Positions 10,393-23,320 are shown, numbered from the stretch's first letter. The stretch is 58,533 nt of DNA from Octopus bimaculoides (GCF_001194135.2 NC_069005.1:30687015-30745547), one strand, 5' to 3'. The notes: generated by a model not told the origin, from the letters alone. A program made the numbers and translations.

Positions 10393-11650
10393 AGAGAGAG
10401 AGAGAGAGAAAGAGAGTGATAGAGGGACGAATAGAGAGATAAAGAAAGGGTGGTAGAAGGAAGAATGTGTGTGTATGTATATATATACATATATATATTA
10501 TACATATGGGGAGAGAGAGAGAGGTATAGGGATGAAGAGAGAAAGAATGAGATCAAGAGAGAATAGTAGAAGGACAAAGAGAGAAGGAGTAGAGGGATGG
10601 AGAGAGAAAGATAAAGAGAGCAGTAAAAGGATGAACAGAGAAAGAGAGAGAGAGATATAGTGAAAGGGGGAGAGAATGGTTGATGGAAGACGAGAGAAAG
10701 GGGGGTGATAGAAAAGAGATAGAGAGAGAGAGAGGGAAAGAGAGGAGGAAAGAGATGCCAGGAGATGGTGGGAGAGAGAGAGTACGAAGTAGAGAGACAA
10801 ATGGAAGCAGCAAGAGATAAAGGGAGAGAAATCAATATCAATAAATAAATATGAATATATAAAAAGGAAATATAAAAAAAACGGGATGATAATAATAATA
10901 ATAATGATAATGATAAAAAATAATAATAATAATAATAATAAAAATAATAATAATATGTAGGAAATAATAATAATATGTAGGAAATAAAAAAACATAAAAA
11001 AACAGCGACCTTGTCAAGGAGAAACTTATAGATTGGAAATAATAACTTGGAGAATAAGAAGTGGGGATAAAAGATGTCTGTTTGTATGAGTTGGGGAAGG
11101 AGGAGAGAGAGAATATGGAGGAGAGAGAGAATATGGAGGAGAGAGAGAATATGGAGGAGAGAGAGAGAGAGTATAGAAGGGAGGGAGGGGGAGAGGGAAG
11201 GATAGAGAGAGTGTATGTGGAAGAGGGTGTGAGAGAAGGAGGGGAGAAAAGAGGGAGAGAGATCAGAGAAAGAGCATGTGTGATGAGAATGTATGTGTGT
11301 AGAGGTGAAGGCATTAATGAAAGAAGGAAGTGTGTGCTAGAGAAAAAGAGAGAGAAGCAAAGAGCAAGAAAATATCTGTGAGAGAGAAAGAGAGAGAGAG
11401 AGAGANNNNNNNNNNNNNNNNNNNNNNGAGGGGAGATAGGGGGAGAGAGAGAGAGAGAACATATATGAGGTAAAGAGTGTGTATGGAGAGAGAGAGAGAG
11501 ATGAAGCAAATGTGAAAAAGTGAGCATATATGAGAAAAAGGAGAGAGAGAGAAAAAAAGATAGAAAGAGAGAGAGAGAGAGAGAGAAAAAGATAGAAAGA
11601 GAGAGAGAGAGAGAGAGAAAAAGATAGAAAGAGAGAGAGAGAGAGAGATT
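10393..11650. repeat. about 1.25 kb (GA)-rich purine tract with embedded small tandem repeats
   Basis: Includes GAGAGAGAATATGGAGGA x3 near 11105-11160 and (GA)nAAAAAGATAGAAA x3 near 11545-11630. Confidence 0.9.
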
Positions 11651-11954
11651 GTGTCCATGTATGTGTGTTTTTCATATTGATTGTTGTATATGAGGTAAAA
11701 TTGGTGTTAGAACATGAAATATTAACAAAACAGGAATAACAACACTTTTGGACATCCCTTGTTTGTTGAGCGATCAATTGATCAATCAATCAATCAATCA
11801 GTCAATCAATTGTCTTTATCCATCCACCTCCCTATCCAACTATCTATCCACCTTCCATTCCATCTATCCATCCATTTACCCACCCACCTTAATGTCTATC
11901 CATATTCCTGGCTATCTATCCACCTATCTCTGTCTATTTATCTATCTATCTGCC

Positions 11955-11990
<36 letters not shown>

Positions 11991-12075
11991 CTGTCATCCA
12001 TCTGTTTTCTGTCTATCTATCTCTGTCATCCATCTGTTTTCTGTCTATCTATCTCTGTTATCCATCTGTTTTCTG

Positions 12076-12086
<11 letters not shown>
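11991..12086. repeat. 32-bp minisatellite x3 within (TCTA)n
   Basis: CTGT(C/T)ATCCATCTGTTTTCTGTCTATCTATCT at 11991, 12023 and 12055. Confidence 0.9.
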
Positions 12087-12110
<24 letters not shown>

Positions 12111-12167
12111 GTCTATCATCTATCTATCCCTTTATCTACTCATCCATCACCTGCCTATTTACTTTGG

Positions 12168-12600
12168 AGATATGCCACGATTGAGAAGACCCGGCAACTA
12201 GAGTGAGATTGCAGCCATGCATGTCCGGCCCTGTTAAGAACACCCCTGATGCGTCAGCTGATAGGATATGCTTGAGAAGACCTGTTGAGTCAAGTAAAAC
12301 CAATATCGTAGCTGTGACCAGTGTCCCCTGACTGGCTCCTGTGCTGGTGTCACATAGAAAGCACTATCCGAATGTGATCGATGCCAGGTCTGCCTGACTG
12401 GCTCCCATGCCAGTGGCATGTAAAAAGCACCCACTACACTCTCAGAGTGGTTGGCGTTAGGAAGGGCATCCAGCTGTAGAAACTCTGCCAGATCAGATTG
12501 GAGCCTGGTGCAACTGCTGGCTCTCCAGATCTAAGTCAAACTGCCCAACCCATGCCAGCAAGGAAAACGGACGTTAAATGATGATGATGATGATGATGAT
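12168..12600 (+). mobile_element. long copy of RTE-LINE 3' UTR (family E)
   Basis: TTGAGAAGACC..., duplicated CTGACTGGCTCC modules, GGTTGGCGTTAGGAAGGGCATCCAGCTG, and a (GAT)n tail. Confidence 0.85.
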
Positions 12601-13241
12601 GAATAACAACATGAATCAAGGTTAAATGTAAACATGAATAAAATGAAATGAGATATAAAATTTTTTTTTCTTTTTTAAATTGTAAAATAAAAATAATACG
12701 CCAAGTTGTATGTGGGTTCAAATAACATTAACGGAATCATTTTAGGAGTGAAGAAGGTTTGAAAGTGAATTAGTTGTAATTCGATAAGGAAGAAGGAAAG
12801 AAAGAAACAAAGACAGAGAGAAAGAAACAATGAAAGAAAGAAAGAAAGAGATAAAGAAAGACAGAAAGAAGGTGTGAAGAAGAAAACAAGACAAACATCA
12901 TTAAATGTCAATAGAAGTTATTAAGTTTCTTTTGATAGCTTAATGGTAACGAAGCTCGTTTGCAAGAAACAGTTTCAAATCAACAGAAGGCGAAAACTTT
13001 GTTATTGATTGTAATTAGTTGTTATGTTACTGCTGCTGCTGCTGCTATTGATAATGATGATGATGTTGATGATGATGCTATGCTACTGATGATGACAATG
13101 ACGACACCGATGACGACAATGATGCTGGTGATGCTGATGAGGCTGGTGACGCTGATGAGGCTGGTGACGCTGATGATGGTGATGCTGCTGCTATGATGAC
13201 AAGGATGCTAGGAGGGTGAGCTGGAAAGTCCATAGGGTGAC

Positions 13242-13746
13242 TATGAAGGGGTGATGCTAAAGCTGTGAAATCTTGCGCGCATTAATTTCAACCCTTCTTA
13301 TTAATAACTGCATTTTTTTCTTTCCAGGTAAATTGACATCTGACTGTTCAAAGAACACTTCAAAAGTAACTAGAAGCGAATTCTTTTAAAAATGGACAAA
13401 ATTTGGCAACATGGTTTTTTTTTTTTGGCGTTAGGAAGTGCATCCAGCTGTAGAAACTCTGCCAAATCAGATTGTAGCCTGGTGTCGCCTCCTGGCCCAC
13501 TAGTCCTCAGTCAAATCGTCCAACCCATGCTAGCATGGAAAGTGGACGTTAAACGACAATGATGATGACCTCAAAAAAAAAAAAAAAGGTTTAGCCGACA
13601 AGAACAACCATGCTGAAATGGTTGTTACATTAGGAGATGATGGTTCAGATTTATCAACAGTGCAAAAGTGGGTCACTTAATTTAGGAGGGGAGGGGAGAG
13701 TCTTGTGGATGACCCCAAGGTCTGGACATCCTGTAACTGCTACCAC
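13242..13746 (+). pseudogene. mariner (Tc1/mariner) transposon 5' part, decayed transposase N-terminus, interrupted at about 13416-13569
   Basis: TATGAAGGGGTG TIR-like start. ATG at 13392 gives MDKIWQHG; after the insert, KKGLADKNNHAEMVVTLGDDGSDLSTVQKWVT*FRRGGESLVDDP/RSGHPVTAT matches the mariner HTH region (W..F..G..SL.D.PRSGRP). Contains a stop and a frameshift. Confidence 0.85.
13425..13569 (+). mobile_element. RTE-LINE 3' end (family E) nested inside the mariner remnant
   Basis: TTGGCGTTAGGAAGTGCATCCAGCTG...GGACGTTAAACGACAATGATGATG. Confidence 0.85.
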
Positions 13747-13754
13747 ACACAGAG

Positions 13755-13930
13755 CACTCTGTCCACTCTGCTGGGTGGTTGGTGTTAGGAAGGGCATCCA
13801 GCTGTAAAAATTCTGCCAGAACAGTCAGAGAAGACTGGTGCAGGCTTCGGCCTGGCCGGTTCCTGTCAAACTGTCCAACCCATGCCAGCATAGAAGGAGA
13901 ACATTAAATGATAATGAGGAGGAGGAGGAT
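13755..13930 (+). mobile_element. RTE-LINE 3' end (family E), truncating the mariner remnant
   Basis: GGTTGGTGTTAGGAAGGGCATCCAGCTG...CCAACCCATGCCAGCATAG. Confidence 0.8.
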
Positions 13931-14542
13931 GCTACACTATATTTATCTAGGACTACACTCTGCAATGTGCCCTCCCCTTACTAAAATGGTAAGGGTGAAA
14001 TTTGAAGACAGCTGATTGGCAGAACACAAAAAATCCCAAAATGAGGACACATTAAATTTAGGTCATGACCATCCCATCTGAAATGGATCCATTTACTCAT
14101 ACATAACCTTGACCCAGTGTTTGAACAACAACAACCACAACAACAAATCAAAAATAACAAAAAAGCAAAAAGCAAAAAAAAAAAAGGCAGTATCGTTTGA
14201 TTACAGATATTTTGCTAATAAAAGGATTAATTGATAAATATAAAGAAAATAAAAAAATAAAAACATGAGAATCTGTAGTAATTCTATCTGCCTGAACCAA
14301 TTTTTATCACCACCCTCACCTTACATACACACACACACAGCTCCTCCCTACCGTTCCATAGCCCCAATAATATCTTTGAAAATACATCTGGAAGATGATA
14401 TCTTCGTTATGCTAATTAATATTTTCAAACTACAACACTGAAAAACAAAACAAAGCATAAAACAAAAAAAACAACTAGGGCAGGTGAGAACATGTATAAA
14501 TGTGTATGTGTATATATGCGCACACACACACACACACACACA

Positions 14543-14754
14543 TTCTACTACAGGCGCAAGGCCTGAAATTTGGGAGAGGGGAATGATTGATTATATTAAC
14601 CCCAGTGCTTGACTGGTAGTTTACATCATTGACACTGAAAAGATGAAAGGCAAAGCTGACCTTGGTGGAATTTGAACTCAGAACAAAGACAGGTGAAATG
14701 CCACTAAGCAATTTTGCTTGGCACGCTAACAGTTCTGCCAGCTAACTCACTGCC
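14543..14754 (-). mobile_element. SINE family B
   Basis: Plus strand GATGAAAGGCAAAGCTGACCTTGGTGGAATTTGAACTCAGAAC...GCTAACAGTTCTGCCAGC. Confidence 0.85.
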
Positions 14755-14977
14755 ATAGTATAATATAAAAGCGAAAGCTTAATAACCACATTCATTCAAT
14801 CTAAACGTAGGCAGGATTAAACACTACCTTTAGAATTAAACCACAACAAAGAAACACATAAATCTATGTACATCTGTTTCGGTATTAATAGTAAACCTAC
14901 AATAACTAAATTATATACTAAATAGCGACCAGTCTTTAGATCCATAGAAATAATGATAATCCGACCAGTCTTCCAAG

Positions 14978-15166
14978 TGTGTCTGTGTTTGTCCTCCTGC
15001 CATCGCTTGACAATCAATGCTAGTGTCCCTGTAACTTAGCAGTTCAGCAAAAGAAACTGATAGAATAAGTACTGGGGTCGATTTGTTCAGTTAAAACACT
15101 TCAAAGCAATGCTCCAGTATGGCCGCAGTCAAATGACTGAAACAGGTAAAAGAATGTAAAAGAATA
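14978..15166 (+). mobile_element. SINE family A, 3' half with (GTAAAAGA) tail
   Basis: CCATCGCTTGACAA...ATAAGTACTGGGGTCGATTTGTTC...GGCCGCAGTCAAATGACTGAAACAGGTAAAAGA. Confidence 0.85.
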
Positions 15167-15528
15167 GTCATCAATAGTTATTCTAAAAAAAAATCCTTCC
15201 ATGGAGGTAAACAGGTGGCAAGGTTTCAATCTCAGCCCTACTCCCCTTGTCTTCCACCTGTCAGGTAACGAACGCTCTGGCGATAATTCAAAGCTGGAGA
15301 ATGGAAGCCGTTTCTGTTTGTAGCTGGTTTATTTACAAGATTAAGAAGCCATCTGCTGCTTGGGGATTGTAATCACTATTGGTAATTTTATGTGATAATA
15401 CTAAGATGCTAGAAGTCAATATTGTTAGTGTTATCACTAGATATAAATATTAAAAAAATATATATATATATACATAATGAAAAAAAATGGAAATATTCTA
15501 AAAAAATAAATCCACTTCTATACATATC

Positions 15529-15743
15529 CAGTAATCCCTCGACTATCACTGGTATTACATTCCAAATCCCCCCTGTGATAAGTGAAAATCCACAAAGTAG
15601 AAACAGTACTGTACTGTATATTTTTATTATTATTACTATTTTTATAATTTGTATATATTTATTTTTTTATAAATGCAAAACACCACCATGGAGGAATCGA
15701 TGTAAGCTTAAAGAATAAACCACAATATGGTGAGGGATTACTG
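15529..15743. mobile_element. Tigger/pogo-like MITE
   Basis: Perfect 12-bp TIRs CAGTAATCCCTC (15529-15540) and GAGGGATTACTG (15732-15743), TA on the right flank. CAGT...TA ends are typical of Tc1/mariner-pogo elements. Confidence 0.75.
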
Positions 15744-15834
15744 TATTACGTACATACACATGCACTCATACATACATACATACATACATATTATATGTAT
15801 ATATACACACATCCATACATATATGTATACATGC

Positions 15835-16221
15835 TGTTGTTGGCACTCCGTCGCTTACGATGTCGAGGGTTCCAGTTGATCCGATCAACGGAACAGCCTG
15901 CTCGTGACATTAAACGTGCAAGTGGCCGAGCACTCCACAGACACGTGTACCCTTAACGTAGTTCTCGGGGGATATTCAGCATGACACAGTGTGACAAGGC
16001 TGGCCCTTTGAATTACAGGCACAACAGAAACAGGAAGAAAGAGTGAGAGAAAGTTGTGGTGAAAGAGTACAGCAGGGTTCGCCACCGTCCCCTGCCGGAG
16101 CCTCGTGGAGCTTTAGGTGTTTTCGCTCAATAAACACTCACAACGCCTGGTCTGGGAATCGAAACCACGATCCTATGACCGCGAGTCCGCTGCCCTAACC
16201 ACTGGGCCATTGCGCCTCCAC
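15835..16221 (-). mobile_element. tRNA-derived SINE, family C, full length
   Basis: Head GTGGAGGCGCAATGGCCCAGTGGTTAGGGC...GTTTCGATTCCC; 3' end GTAAGCGACGGAGTGCCAACAAC. Possible TSD TATGTATACAT (15822-15832, 16222-16232) in low-complexity flanks. Second copy at 42328. Confidence 0.9.
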
Positions 16222-16311
16222 TATGTATACATACACACATCCATACATACATATTATATGTACACATACACACATCCGTGTACATAAATACATATGTAGT
16301 TTAATATATAT

Positions 16312-16350
16312 GAGGGGATACTGAAAAACGTTCCTGGTATTTAGGGTACA
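16312..16350 (+). mobile_element. isolated mariner-like TIR fragment
   Basis: TATGAGGGGATACTGAAAAACGTTCCTGG resembles the start at 13242 and typical mariner TIR starts. Confidence 0.45.
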
Positions 16351-16833
16351 TACCATCCTGTACATATACATGCACTAATTCATACATACATAAGACATGC
16401 ATATACACACACATACATATGTAGTTTTGTATATAGATATTTCCTATCAAAGGAATTGGCAGTATGTGGAGACCTCTGAGGGCTACTTGGGTACCTTGAC
16501 AAAACTCTGATCATCCTGAACATTGTGACAAGTGGCCTCTCCTACCAGTTATCCTCCTACAATCTATGGGTGCATGTTCACAGCAGGCCCCATTCATTCA
16601 GAACAATATATGTATATAATACATATATATACACACATATACATACAAACTTGCATGTATCTATAAATACACACACACGCGCACATATATACATACACCC
16701 ATATATACACACACACACACAAATACACGCGCACACGCACACACAAAATTATAAATGTTCATTATATACACACACACAAAATTATAAATGTTCACTATAT
16801 ACACACACATACATATACAGAGAGAGAGAAAGA

Positions 16834-16898
<65 letters not shown>

Positions 16899-17301
16899 GC
16901 AGAAGTGGTAAACTCTCTCAGACACAGAGCTAGGCAGTATTCAGTTATGTCCCTTTAAGTTCTTTGTTCAAAGTCTGCCGATGTCAACATTGCTCTCTTA
17001 TCTCCCCCTGAAACTAATAAAACGTAACAAAAAACAAAACAAAAGACCAATGAAATAATGAGGGATAGATTTAATGCACTGTTCTCTCCCCTAAAATTCG
17101 TAACATCATATATAATATGTCACAAACAGTAACACCTCCACAACAACAACATTTGTATCCCATGTATATTCTTATCTCATCTCCACCCCCTCCTCTCTCT
17201 TTCTTCCTCTCATCTTTTTTTGTCAATCTCCAAAACAAACCGTAAACAGTCCTTGTAATGTCTGCTTCACCCAATGCCCTTATGGCAAATATAAATCAAC
17301 A

Positions 17302-17303
<2 letters not shown>

Positions 17304-17340
<37 letters not shown>

Positions 17341-18193
17341 GGTGAAGAGCTCACTGAATCATTGGCACACCGAACAAAACACTTAGTGGCATTTCATCCA
17401 TCTTTACATTTGGAAATCATATTCTGCCGAGGTTGACTTGGCCCTTTCATCCTTTTGGGATTCATGTAACTGACAAGTCCCTCCCCACTGAATTTCAGGC
17501 TTTGCGCCCATAGCAGACAGAATTGTCATTATTATAATTATTATTATTTTTTTTTTTATTCTTGAGGCAGTGAGCTGGCAGAATTGTTAGCACGCTGGGC
17601 AAAACACTTGGCCGCAGTTAGTCTGTCTTTACCGAGTTCAAATTCCACCGGGGTTGACTTTGCCTTTCATCCTTTCGGCAGGGGTCGATAAAGTAAACAT
17701 CAGTTGAGTGCTGGAGGACGATATAATTGATTTGTGCCTCCCTCAAAATCCCTGGCCTTGTGCCAGAATTTGAAACCATTATTATTATTATTATTACTAT
17801 TATTATTATTGTCTATACTGTTACTGTTGCCATTATTATTATAAAGGTGGTGAGGTAGCAGAATCATTAGCACCTTGGGTGAAATGCTTAGTGGTATTTC
17901 GTCTGCCTCTGCGTTCAGAGTTCAAATTCCACTGAGGTCAACTTTGCCTTTCATCGTTTCAGGGGGCGGTAAGTTAAGCACCAGGGAAACACTGGGTTGA
18001 TGTAACTGACTGTCCTCCACTCCCTACAAAATCCAAGCCTTGTGTTTATAGTAGAAAGGACTATAATTATTATTATTATTATTATTAATATAACTGGTGA
18101 TGATTGATAGAATCTGTTAGGGCATGAGACAAAATTGCCTCGTAGCATTTAGTTACATTCCTTTTCATTCCGAGTTCAAATCCTGTTAAGGTT
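17304..18193 (+). mobile_element. head-to-tail array of 4 family B SINEs separated by (ATT)n
   Basis: Copies at about 17340-17530, 17563-17780, 17845-18062 and 18093-18193 (partial). Confidence 0.85.
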
Positions 18194-18342
18194 AAAAGAA
18201 AAAAAAAAAAAAANNNNNNNNNNAAAAAAAAAAAAAAAATCTGATTTGATTGATCGTTGGCTGCTATTTCTAGCTGATCAATTGACCATGAAAAGGTTCC
18301 TTTCATTGTTGTGGTTGCTAAGCCCCTACCCCTACCTCCTAC

Positions 18343-18547
18343 CTGATAGCTTTGATCAAGCAGAGGAAGTACATTAGAAGATGTTGCAACCATAAGGTAT
18401 TCCAGTTTGTCCGTCCTGTCTACACCCTTCGCTTTTTCTGGAGGGTTTAAACATGCTGCGTCGTGTGACACAATGATCTGATGTAGATTTAGCTGCTGTT
18501 TATAGCATTTCAAGTAAGTGCAGTGAGGCTCGCTTTCTAGTGCGCGA
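18343..18547 (-). CDS. candidate coding exon (RALESEPHCTYLKCYKQQLNLHQIIVSHDAACLNPPEKAKGVDRTDKLEYLMVATSSNVLPLLDQSYQ)
   Basis: 68 open codons in unique sequence, ending at CAG|GTAGGA (phase 0). The acceptor (ATCAG at 18550-18548) is weak. No family recognised. Confidence 0.35.
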
Positions 18548-18563
18548 CTGATTTAGTATGCAC

Positions 18564-18765
18564 GTGTGTGTGTGTGTGTGTGTACACGTGCGCAGAGGGA
18601 GATATTTATTGTAATCGCAGGTAATGTTATCAGTCAGTTATTATTATCAAAATCAGTGGATTTCGTAACTCTTTATTTGCTTAATGTTATCAGTTGGTGT
18701 TATTGCAAGGGTTATGTTCGAAAGCAAGTGATCACAATAAACAGCTTCCACTGTGTGTGTGTATG

Positions 18766-18813
<48 letters not shown>

Positions 18814-19277
18814 TATATATAGATACACGTTTGTATACTCCCATACATATACATATATCTGTATACATACATATGCATACATGTTTACACGCATACGTGT
18901 ATGTATATCCTTACATATATATATATATATATACATATGCTTATGTACATACATATACATACATACACATATATACATACATTCATACACACCTGCATAT
19001 ATACATACATACAGACATATGCAAACATACACACACATATGCATACATACACCTACGCACACATGCATACATACATGCCTACACACATACATACACCTTC
19101 ACATATGCATACATACATGCATACACGCACGCATACATACACACTCACACATACGCACACGCCAACCTTAAATTACATAATTTTTTCAATTAGTTTCTGT
19201 ATTATTTGAGACCAAATTCTCAGACAAAAACCAAACAAAACCCACACACATACAACACCCCACTATCTCCCATTCTT

Positions 19278-19322
<45 letters not shown>

Positions 19323-19345
19323 TGCACGCACGCACTATTACCTCC
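18564..19345. repeat. compound TG/TA/CA/CT microsatellite region
   Basis: Seen directly. Confidence 0.9.
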
Positions 19346-19587
19346 CATTTTCTCTCTCTCTCTCTCCGTTCCAGTTTTTATCTTTCACTCGTGCATGAAT
19401 GATTGTGTAAGCGACATCAGAGCCATTGTCGTGATGTGATTGTGTAGATACATAATTGGTGTCGCTTCCATTGAGAACGGACCGAGTTATGTAATCCACC
19501 CTGTGTATAACAGACTAGCAGATCTGTGCAGCTATTTCTAGCAAATTCAGCAACCACACAGCAGCTTCCTCGCTGTTCTGAAAGATG

Positions 19588-20380
19588 CCGGAGTGACAGA
19601 AACGGCAGAGTACAAAACAGAATATCTCGCGGTGTTTAATCAGTTCGCTATTTGTTATTGGGGTGGGGGTTCAAATCCCCACCGAGGTTCATTATAGTGT
19701 TCGTCTTCAGTGGGGTCAATAAACTGGAATACCAGTCAAGAACTGGGGTCGATGTAATCACCTAACCACCCACCTCCCGCTCAAAATTGTTGGCCTTGAA
19801 CCAATATCTGAAACTATTATTATTATTATCATTATTATTATTATTATTACTATTATTATTATTATTAATGTGGTGAGCTGGCAGAAATGTTAGCATGCCA
19901 GACAAAATGGTTAACAGCATTTTGTCTGTCTTAACGTTCTGAGTTCAAATTCTGCAATGGTCGACTTTGCCTTTTATCTTTCCGGGGTCGATAGATTAAA
20001 TACCAATGTAATTGACTGGTTCCCTCCCACCAAATTTCAGGCCTTGCACCTTTAGTAGAAAGGATCATTATTATTATTATTATCATTATTATTAAATTCT
20101 GCTGAGTTCGACTTAGCCTTTCATCCTTTTGGGGGTTGACAGAATAAGTACCAGTAAAACACTGGGGAACAATGTAATTGACTCATCCCCCACCTCCCCC
20201 AAGCTGCCCTTGTGGCAAAAATTTGAAATAATAATTATTATTATTATTATTATTATTACTATTATTGAGGTGGTGAGCTGGCAGAATCGTTACCACGCCA
20301 GGTGAAATGCTTAGCGGTATTTCAGCTGTCACTACGTTCCGAGTTCAAATTCCACCGAGGTTGACCTTGCCTTTCGTTCC
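19588..20380 (+). mobile_element. head-to-tail array of 4 family B SINEs separated by (ATT)n
   Basis: Copies at about 19588-19820, 19869-20066, 20094-20232 (5'-truncated) and 20267-20380 (3'-truncated). Confidence 0.85.
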
Positions 20381-20830
20381 AAATGTGTCCTTTATTTAAG
20401 ACAGTACGATGTTATCTTGAGGGAAATGTGTCTGCTGCTATTTCTAGCAGACTGAGCAACCATGTAGAGGGATCCATCTCCCTCCAACCCCACCGTTAGC
20501 TTTGTCATCACTGTTGTCATCACCTGTCATCATCACTCCGTCTGCCAATTACAAGAATAGATGATGATGATACTGATGATTACCTTTAACCATGGATTAT
20601 ATAAACAGTCATCATCATCATCACCATCATAGAAAAATAACACCAGCACCACCAATCAAAATGTTGATAAACTTAAGTGGTGGACGGGGTGGGGGTGAGT
20701 TAATGAGGAGATAATGTTAATTTTGGAGTATAGGGAGTGTGGTGGTGGTGGAGCTGATAGTGGGGTGCAGGCGATACTATATACAGATGTAACATATAAG
20801 CTATATGTTTATATCTACATATGTAGTCAT

Positions 20831-20885
<55 letters not shown>

Positions 20886-22039
20886 CATATCCCCACATGT
20901 ATTTATACACACAGATATCTATAAAAATCTGTGTGTGTACATGTATGTATGTATGTATGAATGTATTTATGTACGTAAGGATGTTTTAATGTTTTTTCTT
21001 TTTTTACATCAGATTTTAAGAAAACCANNNNNNNNNNNNNNNNNNNNNNNNNNNNNNNNNNNNNNNNNNNNNNNNNNNNNNNNNNNNNNNNNNNNNNNNN
21101 NNNNNNNNNNNNNNNNNNNNNNNNNNNNNNNNNNNNNNNNNNNNNNNNNNNNNNNNNNNNNNNNNNNNNNNNNNNNNNNNNNNNNNNNNNNNNNNNNNNN
21201 NNNNNNNNNNNNNNNNNNNNNNNNNNNNNNNNNNNNNNNNNNNNNNNNNNNNNNNNNNNNNNNNNNNNNNNNNNNNNNNNNNNNNNNNNNNNNNNNNNNN
21301 NNNNNNNNNNNNNNNNNNNNNNNNNNNNNNNNNNNNNNNNNNNNNNNNNNNNNNNNNNNNNNNNNNNNNNNNNNNNNNNNNNNNNNNNNNNNNNNNNNNN
21401 NNNNNNNNNNNNNNNNNNNNNNNNNNNNNNNNNNNNNNNNNNNNNNNNNNNNNNNNNNNNNNNNNNNNNNNNNNNNNNNNNNNNNNNNNNNNNNNNNNNN
21501 NNNNNNNNNNNNNNNNNNNNNNNNNNNNNNNNNNNNNNNNNNNNNNNNNNNNNNNNNNNNNNNNNNNNNNNNNNNNNNNNNNNNNNNNNNNNNNNNNNNN
21601 NNNNNNNNNNNNNNNNNNNNNNNNNNNNNNNNNNNNNNNNNNNNNNNNNNNNNNNNNNNNNNNNNNNNNNNNNNNNNNNNNNNNNNNNNNNNNNNNNNNN
21701 NNNNTAATAATAATAATAATAATAATAATAATGTCTGAATTCCAAATTTCTATTTTCAATGAATGTCATATGCAGGGTGAAAAAAGAGAAACGAGGAATG
21801 GGGGGGAGGGCCCAAGATTTTGCATTATATCAACATGAGGTCTTCAAATAGTGTTACCTTTAAGACCCAAAGGAATTACCTAAGGAGGGGGGGGGGGAAT
21901 GGTGATGGTGGTAAGGGTGAGGAATGAGAACGAGAAATAAAATGCGTCTTCTTTCGTTGTTATTAGTAAATCACAAAGAATGAAGCTATTTTTAGGGGTT
22001 AAAGAATAACAAAAGAAGGAGGAGGGGGTCAGAGTGATG

Positions 22040-23320
22040 GATGGATATATACACATGCATAACATACATACATACATAACAGATACATGTATATATAAAA
22101 TCACACATACACCGACATAATACACACACATACCTAAATACACAGACATACATAAACACACAAATGCACACACATACACAAACATACAGATACACACATA
22201 CATATATAACATGGATGCACACAGACATAAACACATACACCTACATAAATACACACATGCATACACATTCACTCACATACCTTCATACTTACACATGCAC
22301 ACACACACACATATATACATACGTACATGCATACATACACAGACATGAAACACATGCATACACATACATACACAGACATGAAACACATGCATACACATAC
22401 ATACATATGTATACATACACACACAAGCATGCAGACAGACATACATACACACACACATCCATACACATACATACATGCACACACACACATGCACGCATCC
22501 ATACACACATATGCACACATACATACAGGCATACACACACATGGATACACACACACACACACATACATACTTACATACAGCTCACAAAAGAATCCCTAAT
22601 TTGTAGTTCTGGTTTGTACATGAGTCACCTGTTTGTAGACTCAGTTGGTGAAATAGAAGTGTTGTTTGAAGTGCTTGTGAAAACAACTAACTAGTAAACT
22701 GGGAAGGGCTGGGACCAGGGGGTAGGGAGCAAACGGCAGGGGGAGATTGCAAGCGGGTGCACAGACAGCTGGAGAGTGGATGATGGAGGCTGGCTCCCTT
22801 TAAACACACACACACACACACACACGGAGACATCCTTATATGTTGTTCAAGCATGGCTTTGTGCTTACCACGTGTGCACATGTACACAAGCATACCCATA
22901 TAAACATACATACACATGCTCAGACATGTGTACACAAGTGCACACACACACACTCATGCATATGTGTACACAAACACACAAGCAAACATACATAGTAACA
23001 TACACACACACACACACACGTGTACACAAACATACTCACAAACATACACAAACATGCATATTAACATACATTCACACACATTTATGCAAACACAAATATG
23101 TTAACAACACACAACACATGCTCTCTCTCTTTCTTTCTTTCACACACAAACACACACACACATTAACACACGCACACTCATACATGTGTACACAAACACA
23201 TAATAATTCACAAACTCACACAAGTGTACGCAAACACATTGTAAGCCACACACACATACACGTGTACACAGACATACATAGTAACACACACAAACATGCA
23301 AACTAACACACACACACAGC
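22040..23320. repeat. long degenerate (CA/TA)-rich simple-sequence tract
   Basis: Seen directly; interrupted by unique sequence at about 22580-22800. Confidence 0.85.

Noticed and set aside
19389-19500. Possible minus-strand exon VDYITRSVLNGSDTNYVSTQSHHDNGSDVAYTIIHAR
   Set aside because: Weak donor (GA|GTGAAA), phase incompatible with the nearest candidate acceptor, and the acceptor lies next to an old repeat.
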